Origin: Camelus dromedarius
Lineage: Eukaryota
Length of the DNA: 64,000 bases
Assembly: GCF_036321535.1 (NCBI RefSeq)
Contig: NC_087438.1
Location: 9,922,001 to 9,986,000, forward strand
Direction of reading: 5' to 3'
Below, one piece after another: positions 12,696 to 25,760 of the stretch. The notes under the pieces are model-generated. The model was given only the letters and a program-made list of their open reading frames with translations, did not search any database and was not told the origin of the DNA. Position numbers and translations under genes: made by a program. How positions within the stretch are numbered: the stretch's first letter is position 1; each line of letters starts with the position of its first letter.

Positions 12696-13449
12696 AAGGA
12701 TAAAATTTAGCCTGAAAATTTAAGTGTAAAACATAAGATCCCCTTCAATTTCTATCATGTTATAGATAAAACCATCATTCATAAATAAAAGCAAGTCACC
12801 CTGTTTTCTTTGGTACATTTCCTTGATTATGGATGCCACACAGATGAGTAGAATGTACTCATTAACTTTCAAGCTAAGAATGTGATGAGGGAGGTGCTTC
12901 CATCACGGGCGGTATGAAAGCTCCTGCCCCTCTAGGCCCTCAGGCTCAGTGAGCCTGAGCCAGGAAGATGTTTTTAAGCCTCCAAGTTCCAACAGTCCCG
13001 GTCCCGAATAGGGCACAGAGTTGGACTTGGGATTCCTATAGTGCAGAACCTTTATTCAGTTATTCCACCTGCGTTATCTCAAACCCAGATGTCTAAACTG
13101 GGACGTAGGGTAGAGTTAAGCATTTCACCTCTGGAATGATCTCCCCAAGACTGTACCAGCTATGTGAACTTGTCTCTTTCCATGCCTCCAATTTGGAGGG
13201 ATAATATTATCTACTTCCTGGTGTTATGAAAATTAAATGGGATAATAGATGAAAATCAGAACAAGACTGACACATGGTAAATATCTAGTAAATGTTAGCT
13301 ACAAGGAGGAGGAGAAAGAAGAAAAGGACATTTCCTCAACTCCTAATTGACTCACTCTATAGTTCAACTATTTTAGTGTTATCCACCCTTGATTCTTCTA
13401 CTGACTCCAATTAACTCTCCCCAAGTGACACAGCAGGAAGGGACAAGGC

Positions 13450-13668
13450 CAGCAGAGGCCTGGAGTTGGCTCGGGCAGGCTCAGCCAGCCTCAGCCAGCC
13501 AATTGACACAACTCTTCCCAACTCAGTGCTTAGTGACATCATGTTGGTAGTTTGGAATCAGCCATGTTGGGAATATTACACCACAGACTCAGCAAATGCT
13601 CAAACGAGTGCCTCCCTCCACCCTCTTGCCCAAAGCCGATTGTTAAACGTTTACAAGCCTATCACTGA
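13450..13668. mobile_element. hAT non-autonomous element (MER63-like)
   Basis: gtgacatcatgttggtagtttggaatcagccatg...ccgattgttaaacgtt; family name from memory. Confidence 0.5.
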
Positions 13669-14362
13669 AAAGCACTGTCAACAACGTGGCATCCCTGCCA
13701 ACAAAAACGGCTTCTTCCTTGCTTCCCTTTCTTTCTTTCTTTTTTAATGCCTAATAAGTTAAAAAAAAAAATTTCAGAAAACATTAGAGACCCCCTGGAA
13801 CGACTTTCTCAGTGCCCAAGAAACTGTATCTTCCCCTGTTTGGTCTTCCCCATCCAAGGTCAAATCACCACCCAAATCACATCCCAGGCTTTTGTTGGGA
13901 AATCGTGGCAGAAAATGGAAGTCACGTTCAGGAACAGAAGAAACCAGATTCAGCTGCCAAGTCAAAGTCAAAGCCAGAAAACTACAGCACAATTCAATCT
14001 CCTGGGTTAGAACAGGATAAACTGAAAAAAAGATAAATAAGCAGCAAAGAAGAGATTCGGTTCTCAAACCTCAGGTTCCAAAATGGCGCCTGAGCCCAGC
14101 TCCACTGGGTGTAGAGAGATGCAGACATCGCCATCAGAAAAAGGGAACTCAAATAACAATTTTACGTCCCTCATTCAACATGGAGAGTTGGAGATCCCTC
14201 AACTCACTCTGCCACCACCTGTACTAAGTCAGGATGGAGTCCTGTCCATGCCGAAACAGACACCCTCCTCTAAGACCCAGCACAGATCCTGCCACAGGAC
14301 AGTGTCGTAGACCCTGTGTGAACTCTACCACCAAGTGAGCCGAGAACTCAAATGGACCGCAC

Positions 14363-14497
14363 CTGAGTCCCCTCAAGAAGGGCATCCTCCACTTCAGCTT
14401 TGTTCAGGTCCACGCAGGAAGCTACAATCCCAAATACGTAGTCATGTCGACCATCCAAACGAGCCCGCTTGGCTTCCTTCTCCTCCTTCAGTCTTTG
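14363..14497 (-). CDS. DNAH5: DNAH5 exon 2 (135 nt)
   Basis: Acceptor tttctcgtag|[48 protein letters not shown]; donor CAG|GTGCGG. Confidence 0.95.
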
Positions 14498-16059
14498 CTA
14501 CGAGAAAGGAAGAAACATGCTGTTCTCAAATGGATTCATTTTGTAATCATTTCATACTATTGTTGCTTTTTCAAGTCTTGGGTAGTCAGAAAATAGCTTA
14601 ATGGTACCAGTTTTTATGTACTATCCTCTATTTTAAGAAATAATGTTATTTCTATTATGAAAGTAAGATGTGCTCAATTGTTTTGAAATTATATAACACA
14701 GGGAAGCCAAAAGAAAAATAAAAATCATCTACCAGCCAGACAGTATTACTATTAACATTTTGTTCTAAATCTTTACAGACTTGTTTTTATGCATACAAAA
14801 GTATTCAACAAACACCAAAAAAATTTCCATTTTTGTAAACATTCGCTAGACCACCAAAGTAATACATATTCTTCTACATTCTCTCCTATGTTTATTGTTT
14901 GTCTACAGGTTCATATCTGGTCTTGAAATTGATTTCTGAATCCCATTGCTTACTTTTAACCTGTTGACTACTAATTACAATAATAAAGCAATTCAATGTA
15001 ACCAAGGTTGGCAGTTTGAAGCAAATCAGTCCGTATGCACTCTGCTCACACAATCAACTGCAAACGTATATACACATTTCTATTTATATTTTGCTATAAA
15101 ATGTTTTCATTCATTTTCCCCTTGGACCCTAGGTCCACATTCCCAGGCCCTGGGAATGCCACCACAGTCCACCTGCCTCCAGGCTGGCATCACGCCAAAC
15201 CCCCTTCTACACTGTTGGCAGAATGACTGATTTTTTTTGATGCAGCACAGACAACATCTCTCCTGATTTGAAACTCTTCAGTGACTCTCCGTGGACTTTA
15301 GATAATGTTTATACTTTCTAACGAGGCCCGTAAGATATTTTATGATCTGACTTCTTTCTCATTTCCTATTATGCCTTTCTAGTTCTTTTTAGTTCAGCCA
15401 TCCTGGCTGCCTTGTGGTTACTAGAACTGCCATGCTTTCTTATGTCTTTTGGCCTTTGCATGTGCAGAAATGCCGCTACCCCAGGGAGTGTGGCCAGTTC
15501 TCCCTCAGCTCTAGGCTCAAGCCACCTCTTCCTGAAAGTTTTCCTGGATGTATACCCCTCCTCAGCCCTGTGCTAAAGGGGAATCCTCCCTTTTGCTTCT
15601 TCTCTGAAGCCACATTAATGCCCCTGCATAAATCTGATGCCCCTGTAGCAACCATAATGCCATCCTGTCATAGTCCCATTTTCTGTTCACATTCTGCCAA
15701 CTCGGCTGTGAGTTTTTTTGAGGTCACTTGGTAGTGTTTACCTCTATAGTGCTCTACATACTTGGGGTTTAATAGCTGTTTGTTAAGTACAAGATGGGAT
15801 CCAGAGGGACTACCTTTCCTCTTCCCAGCAGGAGCTACTGGTTAGCATTAAAGATAATGCATTTAATTCAAAAAATGAATTGGAAGTTGAATATCCACCA
15901 AGGGTAATATGGTTGAATAATTAAGGCACATCCATATTGTTGAATATTCTGCAGCTGTTACACAAGTTGCAACAGTCTGTATTAAACTAAAAAGAAGTCT
16001 GTGATGTACTATAAAGGGAAAAATACCAAAAAAATAGATATTACGGGCTAGATCTTACT

Positions 16060-16650
16060 TGTAATTGCGTTTACAAGATGGCAGGAGCACACCTCAGCTC
16101 TTCTACAATGTGACTGTGCCACTAACCTACCAAGAGATAGACTATTTTCCCTCCTCTTGAATTTAACTGGGACTGGGACCAGTTTTTACCCAAAGAATGT
16201 GGGAAGAAGTGAGACTGTAAAACTTCCTAGGCTAGTCCTTAAGAGACCTCCAGCTTCTGCCTTTGCAGTTGGGAATTCTCCCTAAGGAACCCAGCCACCA
16301 TGCTATGGGAATTCCAAACCACAGGGGGAGACCACATGGGGAAAAAAATCAAGGCATCCTGGCCACCAGCCCCAACTGATCTCCTAGCTGACACCCCAGC
16401 ACCAACTTGCAAACCATCTTGGACATTCCAACCTAACAAGCCTACAGATGACTGCAACCCAGCCAATGCCATGTGAAACAGAAGAAACACCCAGCTGAGC
16501 CCAGCCACTCACAGACTCAAGAGAGATAATAGATAACTGTTAATAGATAACTGAAAGCTAAACAAATAGATAATAGATATTAGAAAGCTGATAATAGATA
16601 ATTAAGCTGCTAAGTTCTGGTACAGTTTGTTACGGAGCAGTAGATAACAG
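16060..16650 (+). mobile_element. MaLR LTR (MLT1-type)
   Basis: cagatgactgcaacccagcc...cccagctgagcccagcc...taagctgctaagttctggtacagtttgttacggagcagtagataac. Confidence 0.7.
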
Positions 16651-18449
16651 AGTGATACTTGTTAGAATAATTTCATTGGTTGGACAGAAAGTGAATGGAT
16701 ATAGACTCGAGAAAAGAATGATTGGGAAAAAAGAAACATAAAGACAACTGAATATAAACTATTCTTTCCAGAAACTTGACTCTAAAGGACAGAGATGTAG
16801 TACTAGTAGACAGAGGGGAATTTAGAGTCAACGGAGAATTTTTTCAAGATACAAAAGATTTAAGAAAGAGTAAAGAGGAAGAAGTTTTCAGAGTGACTGA
16901 AAGGCCATTGCTAGACCTATGCTATTTGTATTTGTTTTTCCAAGCCTGAAGGGACTTCTTGAGAGAAGAATTTAAAGGGGAGGTGCAGGGAGACGTTAAG
17001 ATTTTTTAAAAAATAAACAATCTACCTATCTTCTTGCCATCTCCTTAAAAAGGAACTAACACAGGTCCTAATACAAAGTATATGTCCCATAAACATCAAA
17101 TAAAAGTAAATTTAAACCTCTTTTCAAATGTACTAAAACCAGGGAAATGTCCTATTCTTTGACTATTGTCCACGTTGTTGGCAGGGAGGAATAAGATGCT
17201 TTTCTCAAAATGATCTTTCTGAGTTTGTACTAAATGTCTTCAGCAGCTTGAAGACACAGCAGGTTACCAGGGGAGTCAAGAATCCAGCAACACATCAGCA
17301 AGATGGCAAACGCTGGGTAGCCAAAAAGAAATTCAAAAACCAGAGTACCAGAAAGTCAGGATGTAAACCAACTAAGGCTTCCAAAGGATATAGAAACTTC
17401 TCTAAAATTCTGCCATGGCAACACATTGATCTATGTCCTGACTTTATAAGATTCCAAAGGAAAAAACTATATATTCATAGTGAAGGAGAGGAGAGATTGG
17501 CCTTTAAAATAGAAAACTAATCATTTTATTTTTACTTACATATAACAGGGGAAAAAAAAAAGTCCAAAGCAATTTTATATATACAAAGCAAATTATCAAG
17601 GTGTCTTTAAAGTAACTATTTTCAGAGCTCTATTTAAAAGCATGTTAATCATCAAATACATTCTTACAGAAACTGATTATTCCATCTCCTAATGATATGT
17701 AACATGAAGGAAAGCCCATTCCGTGTGGAAGACCACAGTGTTTATAATCTCAACTTTCACTGCCCGATACTAAGGTATCCTGGAACAATGAGGGACTTTT
17801 TTTTTACTACCACAAAAAGTCAATAATGTCAAACAAATATTTAGTGATCAGATCAGTACACTGTCAGTCTCTAAACTTAAACCTGCAGCTTTCTGGCTGC
17901 CAGGGAACTACAGCAACAAACGGTCAGATGACCAGTTGGCGGTGGCGTGTCCTCTTGGCCTGTGAAACATCTAAGACACTTGGAGAGCAGTGTGGAATGA
18001 CGAAGGCAAGAGGCCAATTATGGGATTTTTTTTTTTTTAAGAATCACATTAAAATTATTTTGTGTTGCATGAACAAGCACCAACCGGGGGGGGGGGGGAG
18101 AATGGCCAAAATTCTATTCAACGTCCAAGGAAATCTCGAACAACATTTAAAACATTTCTGCACTTTGGTGACAAGGGATATGACTGCTACCTTGGAATGA
18201 AAGACGGACTAATGTGCTACCTCACAAGACACAAGTGCTCCTTTCAAGGCGAAGCAATGTCACGTACACAGACGAGCCCTGGTGTAAGAGTGGGGTCCAG
18301 TCCCAGCACTGCCACTGATTGCAAGACCTTGCAGCTGTCATTGAACCTCTCCAGGCTCCGGTTGCTGCAACCTCAAAATCAAAGTGTTGGACTAGGTGAC
18401 AGCTAGGCTCTGTCTCTTCTCTAGCATTTGGTCTCCTTCTCGTTGGTTC

Positions 18450-18920
18450 AAAAGTTAATACGAAAAAAAAAAAGAAATCAGAAAGAATTGATGCAGATAA
18501 TACAATAGAAAACACTGAAACAAGTCAACAATACACTAAATTAAATCAATGAAACTGATATCTGATTGTGGAAAGAACAAGGGAAAAAAACTTTGACAAG
18601 GTGTAATTATGAAAAAAAGAGCAAACACACAAATGATCAGAATAAGAAAGTGGACAGTGGATATTTAAAAGTTTATAAGAGGAATTCTAAATGTAGGAAT
18701 TTATATCCTACATTTAAACTCTAGAAAATGAATGGTTATCAACATTAACACAAGAAGTAAGAGAAAATTTGAATAAAAAATAGCAATATAAGAATCTGGG
18801 GGAAAAAAAGTTAATACAGACAAGAGACTTGAGATTTTAAAATACAAATCCAAAGACCCAGTGCCATGTACTTTCATAATAAAGCTCTGTGACTTCTCAA
18901 GACAAACCCATCCATCCAAT
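18450..18920 (+). mobile_element. Highly decayed L1 ORF2 fragment
   Basis: A-rich, with aaatcaatgaaac and similar L1 ORF2 phrases; no intact ORF. Confidence 0.5.
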
Positions 18921-21900
18921 TGTTTTCAATATGCTAACCTTTGCCTTTAACCCTGTAGAATCAAACCCAGGTCTACATGTTTGTGCACATAAACTGTCCA
19001 TCAACTACACACATTTCATTTTAGCTCCAGGTTGACAATCTCCAGCTCCATGAAAGACCTTACCATCATCTACAAAACAGAGACAGAAGTCCAAACTTGA
19101 AAGGTATTTGTGAGGATTAAATTAGGTGCATTCTTGGGGTAACAGTAAGGCGATCAGCATGTGAATAAACATGGCATGACCAAGACTTTGACCCTGGACA
19201 TCAAAATTCAAGTGACAGAAAAAAACTTCTGAATCATGATTTTTTAATTGTACAAATGTTTAAACTCTCTCCATCCTTAGAAAGCCTGGCCCTGTTGGCG
19301 GCATTGTCTGAGATCCAGGCCCACCCCATTAATGTCACTGGCCACCAGAAGCGGATGGAGGATCAAGCTGTCAGGTCTAAGAGCCCCTTTGTGGCTGAGC
19401 AGGGACACCCTTGTCCCCAACCCTCCTGAAGGCATCAGGGTACAAAAGCCCTATGAAGCAGACATTACTATTTCCACACAAGGAAATCGAGACTAGAGAC
19501 CATTAACAGTTTTCCCGGGAGTGCCCTGGTAAGTGGCAAGGCTGGGTTTCAGGCCCTAGCATGTCTGTAGAGTCAGGCCAAGACATGGGGTGTCCTTGGC
19601 AACTAAGAATTTTGCATCCATTCAAACTGATGTTCCACAAACATCCCATCTGTAAATTTCTACTCGAGGATTACCTAGGGCTCTCTTGGGAGGAGACCCT
19701 GTATACACTGCACGCGTTATAGAAGGAGTTGTGGGTGGAGACTGGAGTTAACTGGCACCACTTTCTGAGCTACACTTGTAGTATTTCAGTGCCAGGATGA
19801 ACTGGTGCCCAGCCACTTCTAGCAGGCACGCCCTGTGTCCAGCTCGCCCACCACAATCCTATGTCTCAGCAAATGCTGACTCTCCACCACATCCTCACCT
19901 CCTAACGTGCTTAGGACTCAGGCTCCCGGCCTGGGCACCTGGTAGGCTGGGTTCCATGCTTTTCCCAACTGGTTACTAGTCAACTTCACTTTTATCTACA
20001 TCATACTATTCACCCCAAGTCCTAATATGATGCCTTTGCACAGCAAAGAATGTGGGGCAAGGAATAGGTTCTCCAGCCAAAAAAAAAATTTTTTTCTTCG
20101 TTTAAAAAAAAAAAAGTTTCTCTAGGTAGCATGATCAGCCTCGTTGCAGGTCTGAATCTGAGAAAGAAAGGGACCTGTTTTAATGTGGTCTATTGCATCT
20201 TTTTGGAAGAATTTATTTCCTTTTTTTTTTTTATTTGGGTGCTTTGTTCTCTATGTATATGTACGCTCCCAGCAATGTAACAAACACAGTGGAGAAGAAG
20301 AGAGTATAACAGTATAACAGGTTTAAATCACCCCTGGAGATCATTGTAAGTAATGTGGAGTCCAAGAATAGCAGTTGAAACTCCTTATTTTAAATCACCA
20401 AATACTTCTGAGACCAATTTCACTTTGGATCTCCATATCAATCTCAAGCCCATAGATAATTAATTTCTGGATGAAACAGTGCTAAAGAGGCCATGGACAT
20501 AGGTTTGATCACCTGAAGCCAGTTTCCATTCTCCCCCACTCTGGATGAATCAGGGCAAATCCATGAGCAGAAGCAAAAGTTACTCAAAGTGTATGCCTGG
20601 CTAAAATGCCTGGGTATTGGTAAAATACGGGGTTTCTTTTCCTTTTTTTTTGAAGGATATCCAAATGGCCCAGGCTGGTTTAGCTCACTTCTCTGCCATC
20701 TAGATAACCTGATCCTTCCTATCTCCTGAGGAGTAAAATAAAATCAGTATCAAAGGACTCTCATCATTCCTACAAGACCATTTGCTGCACAGGGAGGGAT
20801 GGTTTCTATGTTGATTTGTGAAATATCCCCAGTGCCCAGAACAGTGCCTGGCACTTCAGTAGAGCCTCCATTGATATCTAATCAGGGGATGATGAACCAC
20901 GTTTATCACTTACAACTCATTCGCAGGTAATTAAGGGATGGAACAAATTATCCCAGCTCGATGCGAGTCTGTGACTGCAGATGCAGAATTCCCTCAATGA
21001 GCTCCTATGTCTTCCATGCTGTTATGATTCGAGCACAAACCACTGCACGAAATTCCATTAGTATGGATTAGCTCTCCCTCAACTCACAGCAAATATAACT
21101 AACCTCACTTAGCCTACCTCCCATTCAAATGTGCTGAATTACAGAAACCGAGGGGCGCAGTTCTCCTACTCTTTTCTACAAACGAAAGAGTCCTCTCTAC
21201 AGAGTTAACCCAATTTCCACGTCTGCCAACAAAGAAAAGCCTCCCTTTCTGTCTTCCAGCATTTTCACTCTAACCCACAGGGCCCCCATTTCCTCTCTGG
21301 GAGACGCCGCTCTGGGATGCTTCCTGGACCCCCCAAACCGGCTCGTTAATTGGCTGGAAGAACCACAGTTCAGCAACTCTCTACTCTTCACTGTACTTTT
21401 CGCGTCTCAGCTTTTCTTCCTCCCCTTTTATTTCATTTCTGCAGGTGAAGGGCCATGGCTGCAGCGGAAGCGCTGTACCTCCTTCCCACGTTAAGAGCAC
21501 TTGAGCAAAGTGGTTCCTGGAAGCGAAAGACACTCCACGCTGGCTAATCCACTCACAGCAGGCGCTGCAGTGAAGCCCTCCTTTACTGAACAGGAGCCAC
21601 GCTCCCCCTCCATCACAAAGAGCTGGCACTTAAACGGAGCCCAGTCCCATCAATTTTCTTACGTCTTGAGAGTAAGCTCTGGAATCTTGTCTATTTTTGC
21701 TGGACTTTTCAGGTCCCCCAATCTCCCCATTTACCAGCTCCAATATCTGTCATTCTTTCCAAACAAATAAAACACCCCTCTTTACCTGTCACCACATGTG
21801 GGCTTTTCACCCAAGCCAACCCAAAACCTGCTATAGAGGTATTGCCATCACCACAAACGCCCCACGACCCCAACATCCCATCATCCAAACTGTAACTTAG

Positions 21901-22159
21901 AGTCCATTCTCTCCGTACCGAATTTCTGGACCCGATGGAGACTTAGAGGGCCTTCACATGGCCATATATTCTACCAACCCCCAACTCTACAGTGGTTTTA
22001 CCCCAAAATCAGGATATACCTCCCTTGGAGAATCCCAAGAGCCCCTTCTGGCAGCAAGTGTCGTATCATTCAAGTGGATTTCACCCATATGTTAAAATAC
22101 ACATACAGTGTCATCATTCACATTATATACGGCCCAGGGGTGAAGTTCCAAAACCTCCC

Positions 22160-22330
22160 TTATTCGTCACAATGAGCCAGAGTGCTTAAAGCTAACTGCT
22201 TATTAGAATCACCTGGGAGCTTTAAAATGCTGATTCCTTTGCCTCCTACCCCCAAGAAACTCTGACTCCTCTTGTCGGGAGTGCGGCCCTGGCATTGGTA
22301 TTTCTCAAAATTTCCGCCGGCAGTTACAGC
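22160..22330. mobile_element. MER5-like hAT-Charlie MITE
   Basis: ttagaatcacctgggagctttaaaatgctgattcc. Confidence 0.6.
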
Positions 22331-24134
22331 GGCAGCCTCCCCAGAGAACTCTGCTCCAACGGAATGCATTTTATTGATTGTTCATGATGGACAAGTACTA
22401 CCAGGCTCTCACACGAGGTAGGAACTTAGAAAGTCCAAGGGCATAACTCCGGGATCCTGTAACTCTCGACCTTTTTTCTCTCGTTACTAGAGTTGTGTGA
22501 AAATTGATAGGAAGAACAAGTTTCAGCTCAACCCCATGAGGCGTGGAAGTGCTCCTCCCTGCCACATGATGGAGCACAGCGCCTGGCACCAGTAGGCGTC
22601 CAGCAGGTGCTTGTGGAGTGGGTGGCCCTTGCACCTGGAGCCACCTTCTCCTGGGGTCCAGCTACGGCGTAACTACAGTGTGGCTATGTTGGGCATTAAC
22701 TTGTTCAGGCTCAGGAGTGCTCAGCCCAGGCATTAACAAGCCGGCTACATCCTAGAGCCATTCACCTCCTGATGCTCAAGGAAACTGTTTTGACCTGTAC
22801 ATGTGAATTGTGTTCACTGGGCCAAACATGCCCAGGCCTGATTAACAGAGGATACTGAAACCGGTTTGGCTATTTTGCCAAAGAATAACAACACTGACAT
22901 CCTTTCAGCTTTCAAAAGATATCTGAGAGCAAAGGTTCTTTTCTGTCTTGCTTCCACTGCGTCCTCCCAGGGGAACCCTGGCCCCTCCCTGCAGAGCTTC
23001 TCAGTAGGGGAAGGCGCTGCCCTGTCTCCCCCACAGTCCCTACCCCACATCCCACCCCCGATAATCACTGTTTGCAGAAACCTAGCAATCTGAAATTCGA
23101 TGAGCAGCAGTACTCCCTGGCATCAACAGAGAAGTGCTGAACAATATATATTCCAGCAGTGGGAGAAAACAGGTCCCCATTTCAAAACTAGCTTTGCAAT
23201 TAGGTGAATTTTAGGTCAAGACGACAGTCATCAGTCTCTCAAGTGTTTTTTTTTTTTCTGAAGGTCAGCAAAGTCAACCAGCAAAATTATACATTTCAGT
23301 TTAATCTTAGGGAAGGAAAGAGAAACAGAATCTATAGGTCTGGAATTCATGTCCATTGTACACTTGCACTGGAAGTTGGTACTGAGCATTCTTCAGCTGT
23401 GAGAAAAGCAGAAAGCAGACAAACATCACATCTGAGCCATATTTTTATAAGTGAGTAAGTGAATATATATAGAACGATTTCCAGTTTCTTCACTGAAAAG
23501 CATTTATGTCTATTATGTAACAACAAGGAAGTATGGCTTGACTTTTCTAAACCCACAGAGTCTCTGGTTTATTTGGCTGTTATTTATTTGCATGTGAATC
23601 CTGAATAAAGTCAAATATTATATTACAATAACCTAATTATAAAGTAGCATCATTCCAGTAACAGTCTCAGACTAAGGGTAAATAGAGAGAGATTTACAGT
23701 TTGCATGTTAATTTTGAAATCATTGTCATTGATTATTTTAGGTCACAAAGTCATAATTTAATTAAGTGTCGTATCAGTCCACTAGATAGAAAATGTGCAA
23801 TTATTCACATAATACACTGCAACATTATTAAGGTAATTCTGTTAACATCATACTTCAGTGGGGTGAACAGAACCAGCATCTGAAATATATAAATGAAACT
23901 TCCACAAAACTTACCATACTCCCAGAAGGCAGCTCGTGCCAAGAAGGAATCTAATTCGTTAATTATACTCAAAATGTTATCATTTATTTTAATTTTTTAG
24001 ACTTGGTAGTAAAGTATAGAAAAGTGAAGAAAAGAACAGAAAAAATGCGAAAGTCTTAATTCATTCAATTTATTGCACAAGCATAAATTGAGGTGTATTA
24101 GTACCTGGCTCTGTGTTAAGGGAAGGCTGTTTGA

Positions 24135-24310
24135 AATAGATAAACAATATGGTCCTACTGTACAGCACAAGGAAATATATTCAATAGCTTGTAGTAATCT
24201 ATAATGAAAAAGAATATGAAAATACACGTGTATAACTGAATCACTGTGCTGTACACCAGAAACTAGGACAACATTGTAAATCAACTAGACTTCAATGAAA
24301 AAAAAAAGAA
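24135..24310 (+). mobile_element. L1 3'-terminal fragment (cetartiodactyl type)
   Basis: ggtcctactgtacagcaca...ataactgaatcactgtgctgtacaccagaaac...poly(A). Confidence 0.8.
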
Positions 24311-25339
24311 GAAGAAGGAACACCATCCCTGTCCTCCAGGAACTCACAAGTAAACACCTGTCATTTCACTGCATTGATGTGATGAGGGCTCTAGCAGCCA
24401 GAGAAGCGAAGCACTGAGAGGACCCAGGGAAGGGAGCCCTCGCCCCCTTCTCAAACTGTCAGGGAGGCTTCTCAGAGGAGGTGACACTGCATTTGGTCTT
24501 AAAAAATGAGTAAGTATTTGCAAGCAAACCAGTTCACTTGGCTGGAAGATGATGACCTTGGGAAGGATGCATGAGAATCCTGGGGCTGGGGGAAGTGGAG
24601 GGTGGCTGGCGTTGGAAAGCTTAGGAACGCTTAGCAGAGACAGCATTCCTGTGTTTTGTGGTGGAAGAGTAAGTTGCTGGGGACAAATGAAAGATACAGT
24701 GATGAAGCCCTGAGGAAGCATGTGTCAGCGCTGAGAACCTGGAGAACCTCCATTTTCTTCAGACGTTAATTAGCAGTGGAAGAGGTTCCAAACCCCTCTT
24801 TATACATCTGCATAATAAAAAGCTGCTGAGTTGAGTCCTAGGCAGGCGGAGCTCATTCTTCAATGAGACTCCAAAGACACATCCTTGCATCCCAAGGTCT
24901 GTGAGATTTCCAGGCCTACAGAAGGCAGTGGGATGGCGGGTGGGGCGGGGTGGGAGGAGGGGAGGCCATTTCAAAGAACCTAGAAAACCTGCAGCCTTAA
25001 CCACCTCTCATCACCAACAGAAGCTTACAGGTCTGGGAGAATGCAGTCACCAAAGCACCCTGAAGGGGTTTTGTCCATCAGGCAAGCATCATCCCAAAAG
25101 ATGCAGCCTGTATTTCTACAAGTATTTACAGTTTAGGTGGAATGTGCAAGAAAGCCTAAAGATGCAGTACCCTTTTTTTTTATTTGAAATATCAACATGT
25201 AGCCTTGCACATGATCCAAAAATTAGTAGACTAACATGTTTCTCACAAATTCATCAGAATATAACTTTGAACCTTTTGCAGGAATTTTGGCCCCCAGGCA
25301 TGATAATCCGAGACACACAAAAACGCAAGCTTTCCTTAC

Positions 25340-25396
25340 CGTTAAAACTCGGGTGATGCTCTGCTTCCAGAGCTGTCTCCTCCCGAGCCTGAACAT
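25340..25396 (-). CDS. DNAH5: DNAH5 exon 1, coding part (57 nt)
   Basis: ATG at 25396-25394; MFRLGRRQLWKQSITRVLT; donor ACG|GTAAGG. Confidence 0.95.
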
Positions 25397-25760
25397 CACA
25401 GCGGTCTGCTCAGCTTATGGACGATCTTCTAACTCCTGGGAGACCTACTCATTATCCGACAAGCTCTCAAAAGAAAAGTCCTTTGGAGGACCAGAAGTTC
25501 ATGCTTACATGTCTAATTTGCAAGCATTATTCACCACATACACAGGATAAAAATTACAAGTGCACCAGTATCATTCAAGCTTTCCTTCTAGAGTCTCTCC
25601 CCTTAGCCTTCTCCTCTGTTGCAAAGCCTTGTGTTGTTAGGTAATACTGTTTACATGCTGTATCATTTACCCGTGTCTCTTAATCCTGCTTATCAACCAA
25701 TCAAAGAGTCTGAACCACTGGGTTGCAACACAACTTCTGATGTTCGTCTAATTCTGCACA
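25397..25760 (-). promoter_or_regulatory. DNAH5 5'UTR and proximal promoter with X-box-like and forkhead motifs
   Basis: Lies directly upstream of the ATG. GTTGTTAGGTAAT at 25633-25645, TGTTTAC at 25648-25654, GTTGCAACACAAC at 25722-25734. The TSS cannot be placed from sequence. Confidence 0.55.

Larger units (their letters stand above)
1..25396 (-). other. DNAH5: DNAH5 gene, 5' part (exon 1 to start of exon 10; continues beyond position 1)
   Basis: Ten minus-strand exons splice in frame to [30 protein letters not shown]...[13 protein letters not shown], recognised as the N-terminal tail of dynein axonemal heavy chain 5. Confidence 0.97.

Noticed and set aside
20907..21060. Alternative DNAH5 first coding exon ending at GTAAGT (minus strand, 20913)
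   Set aside because: Nearby ATGs either hit stops or give phase 1, while exon 2 needs phase 0.
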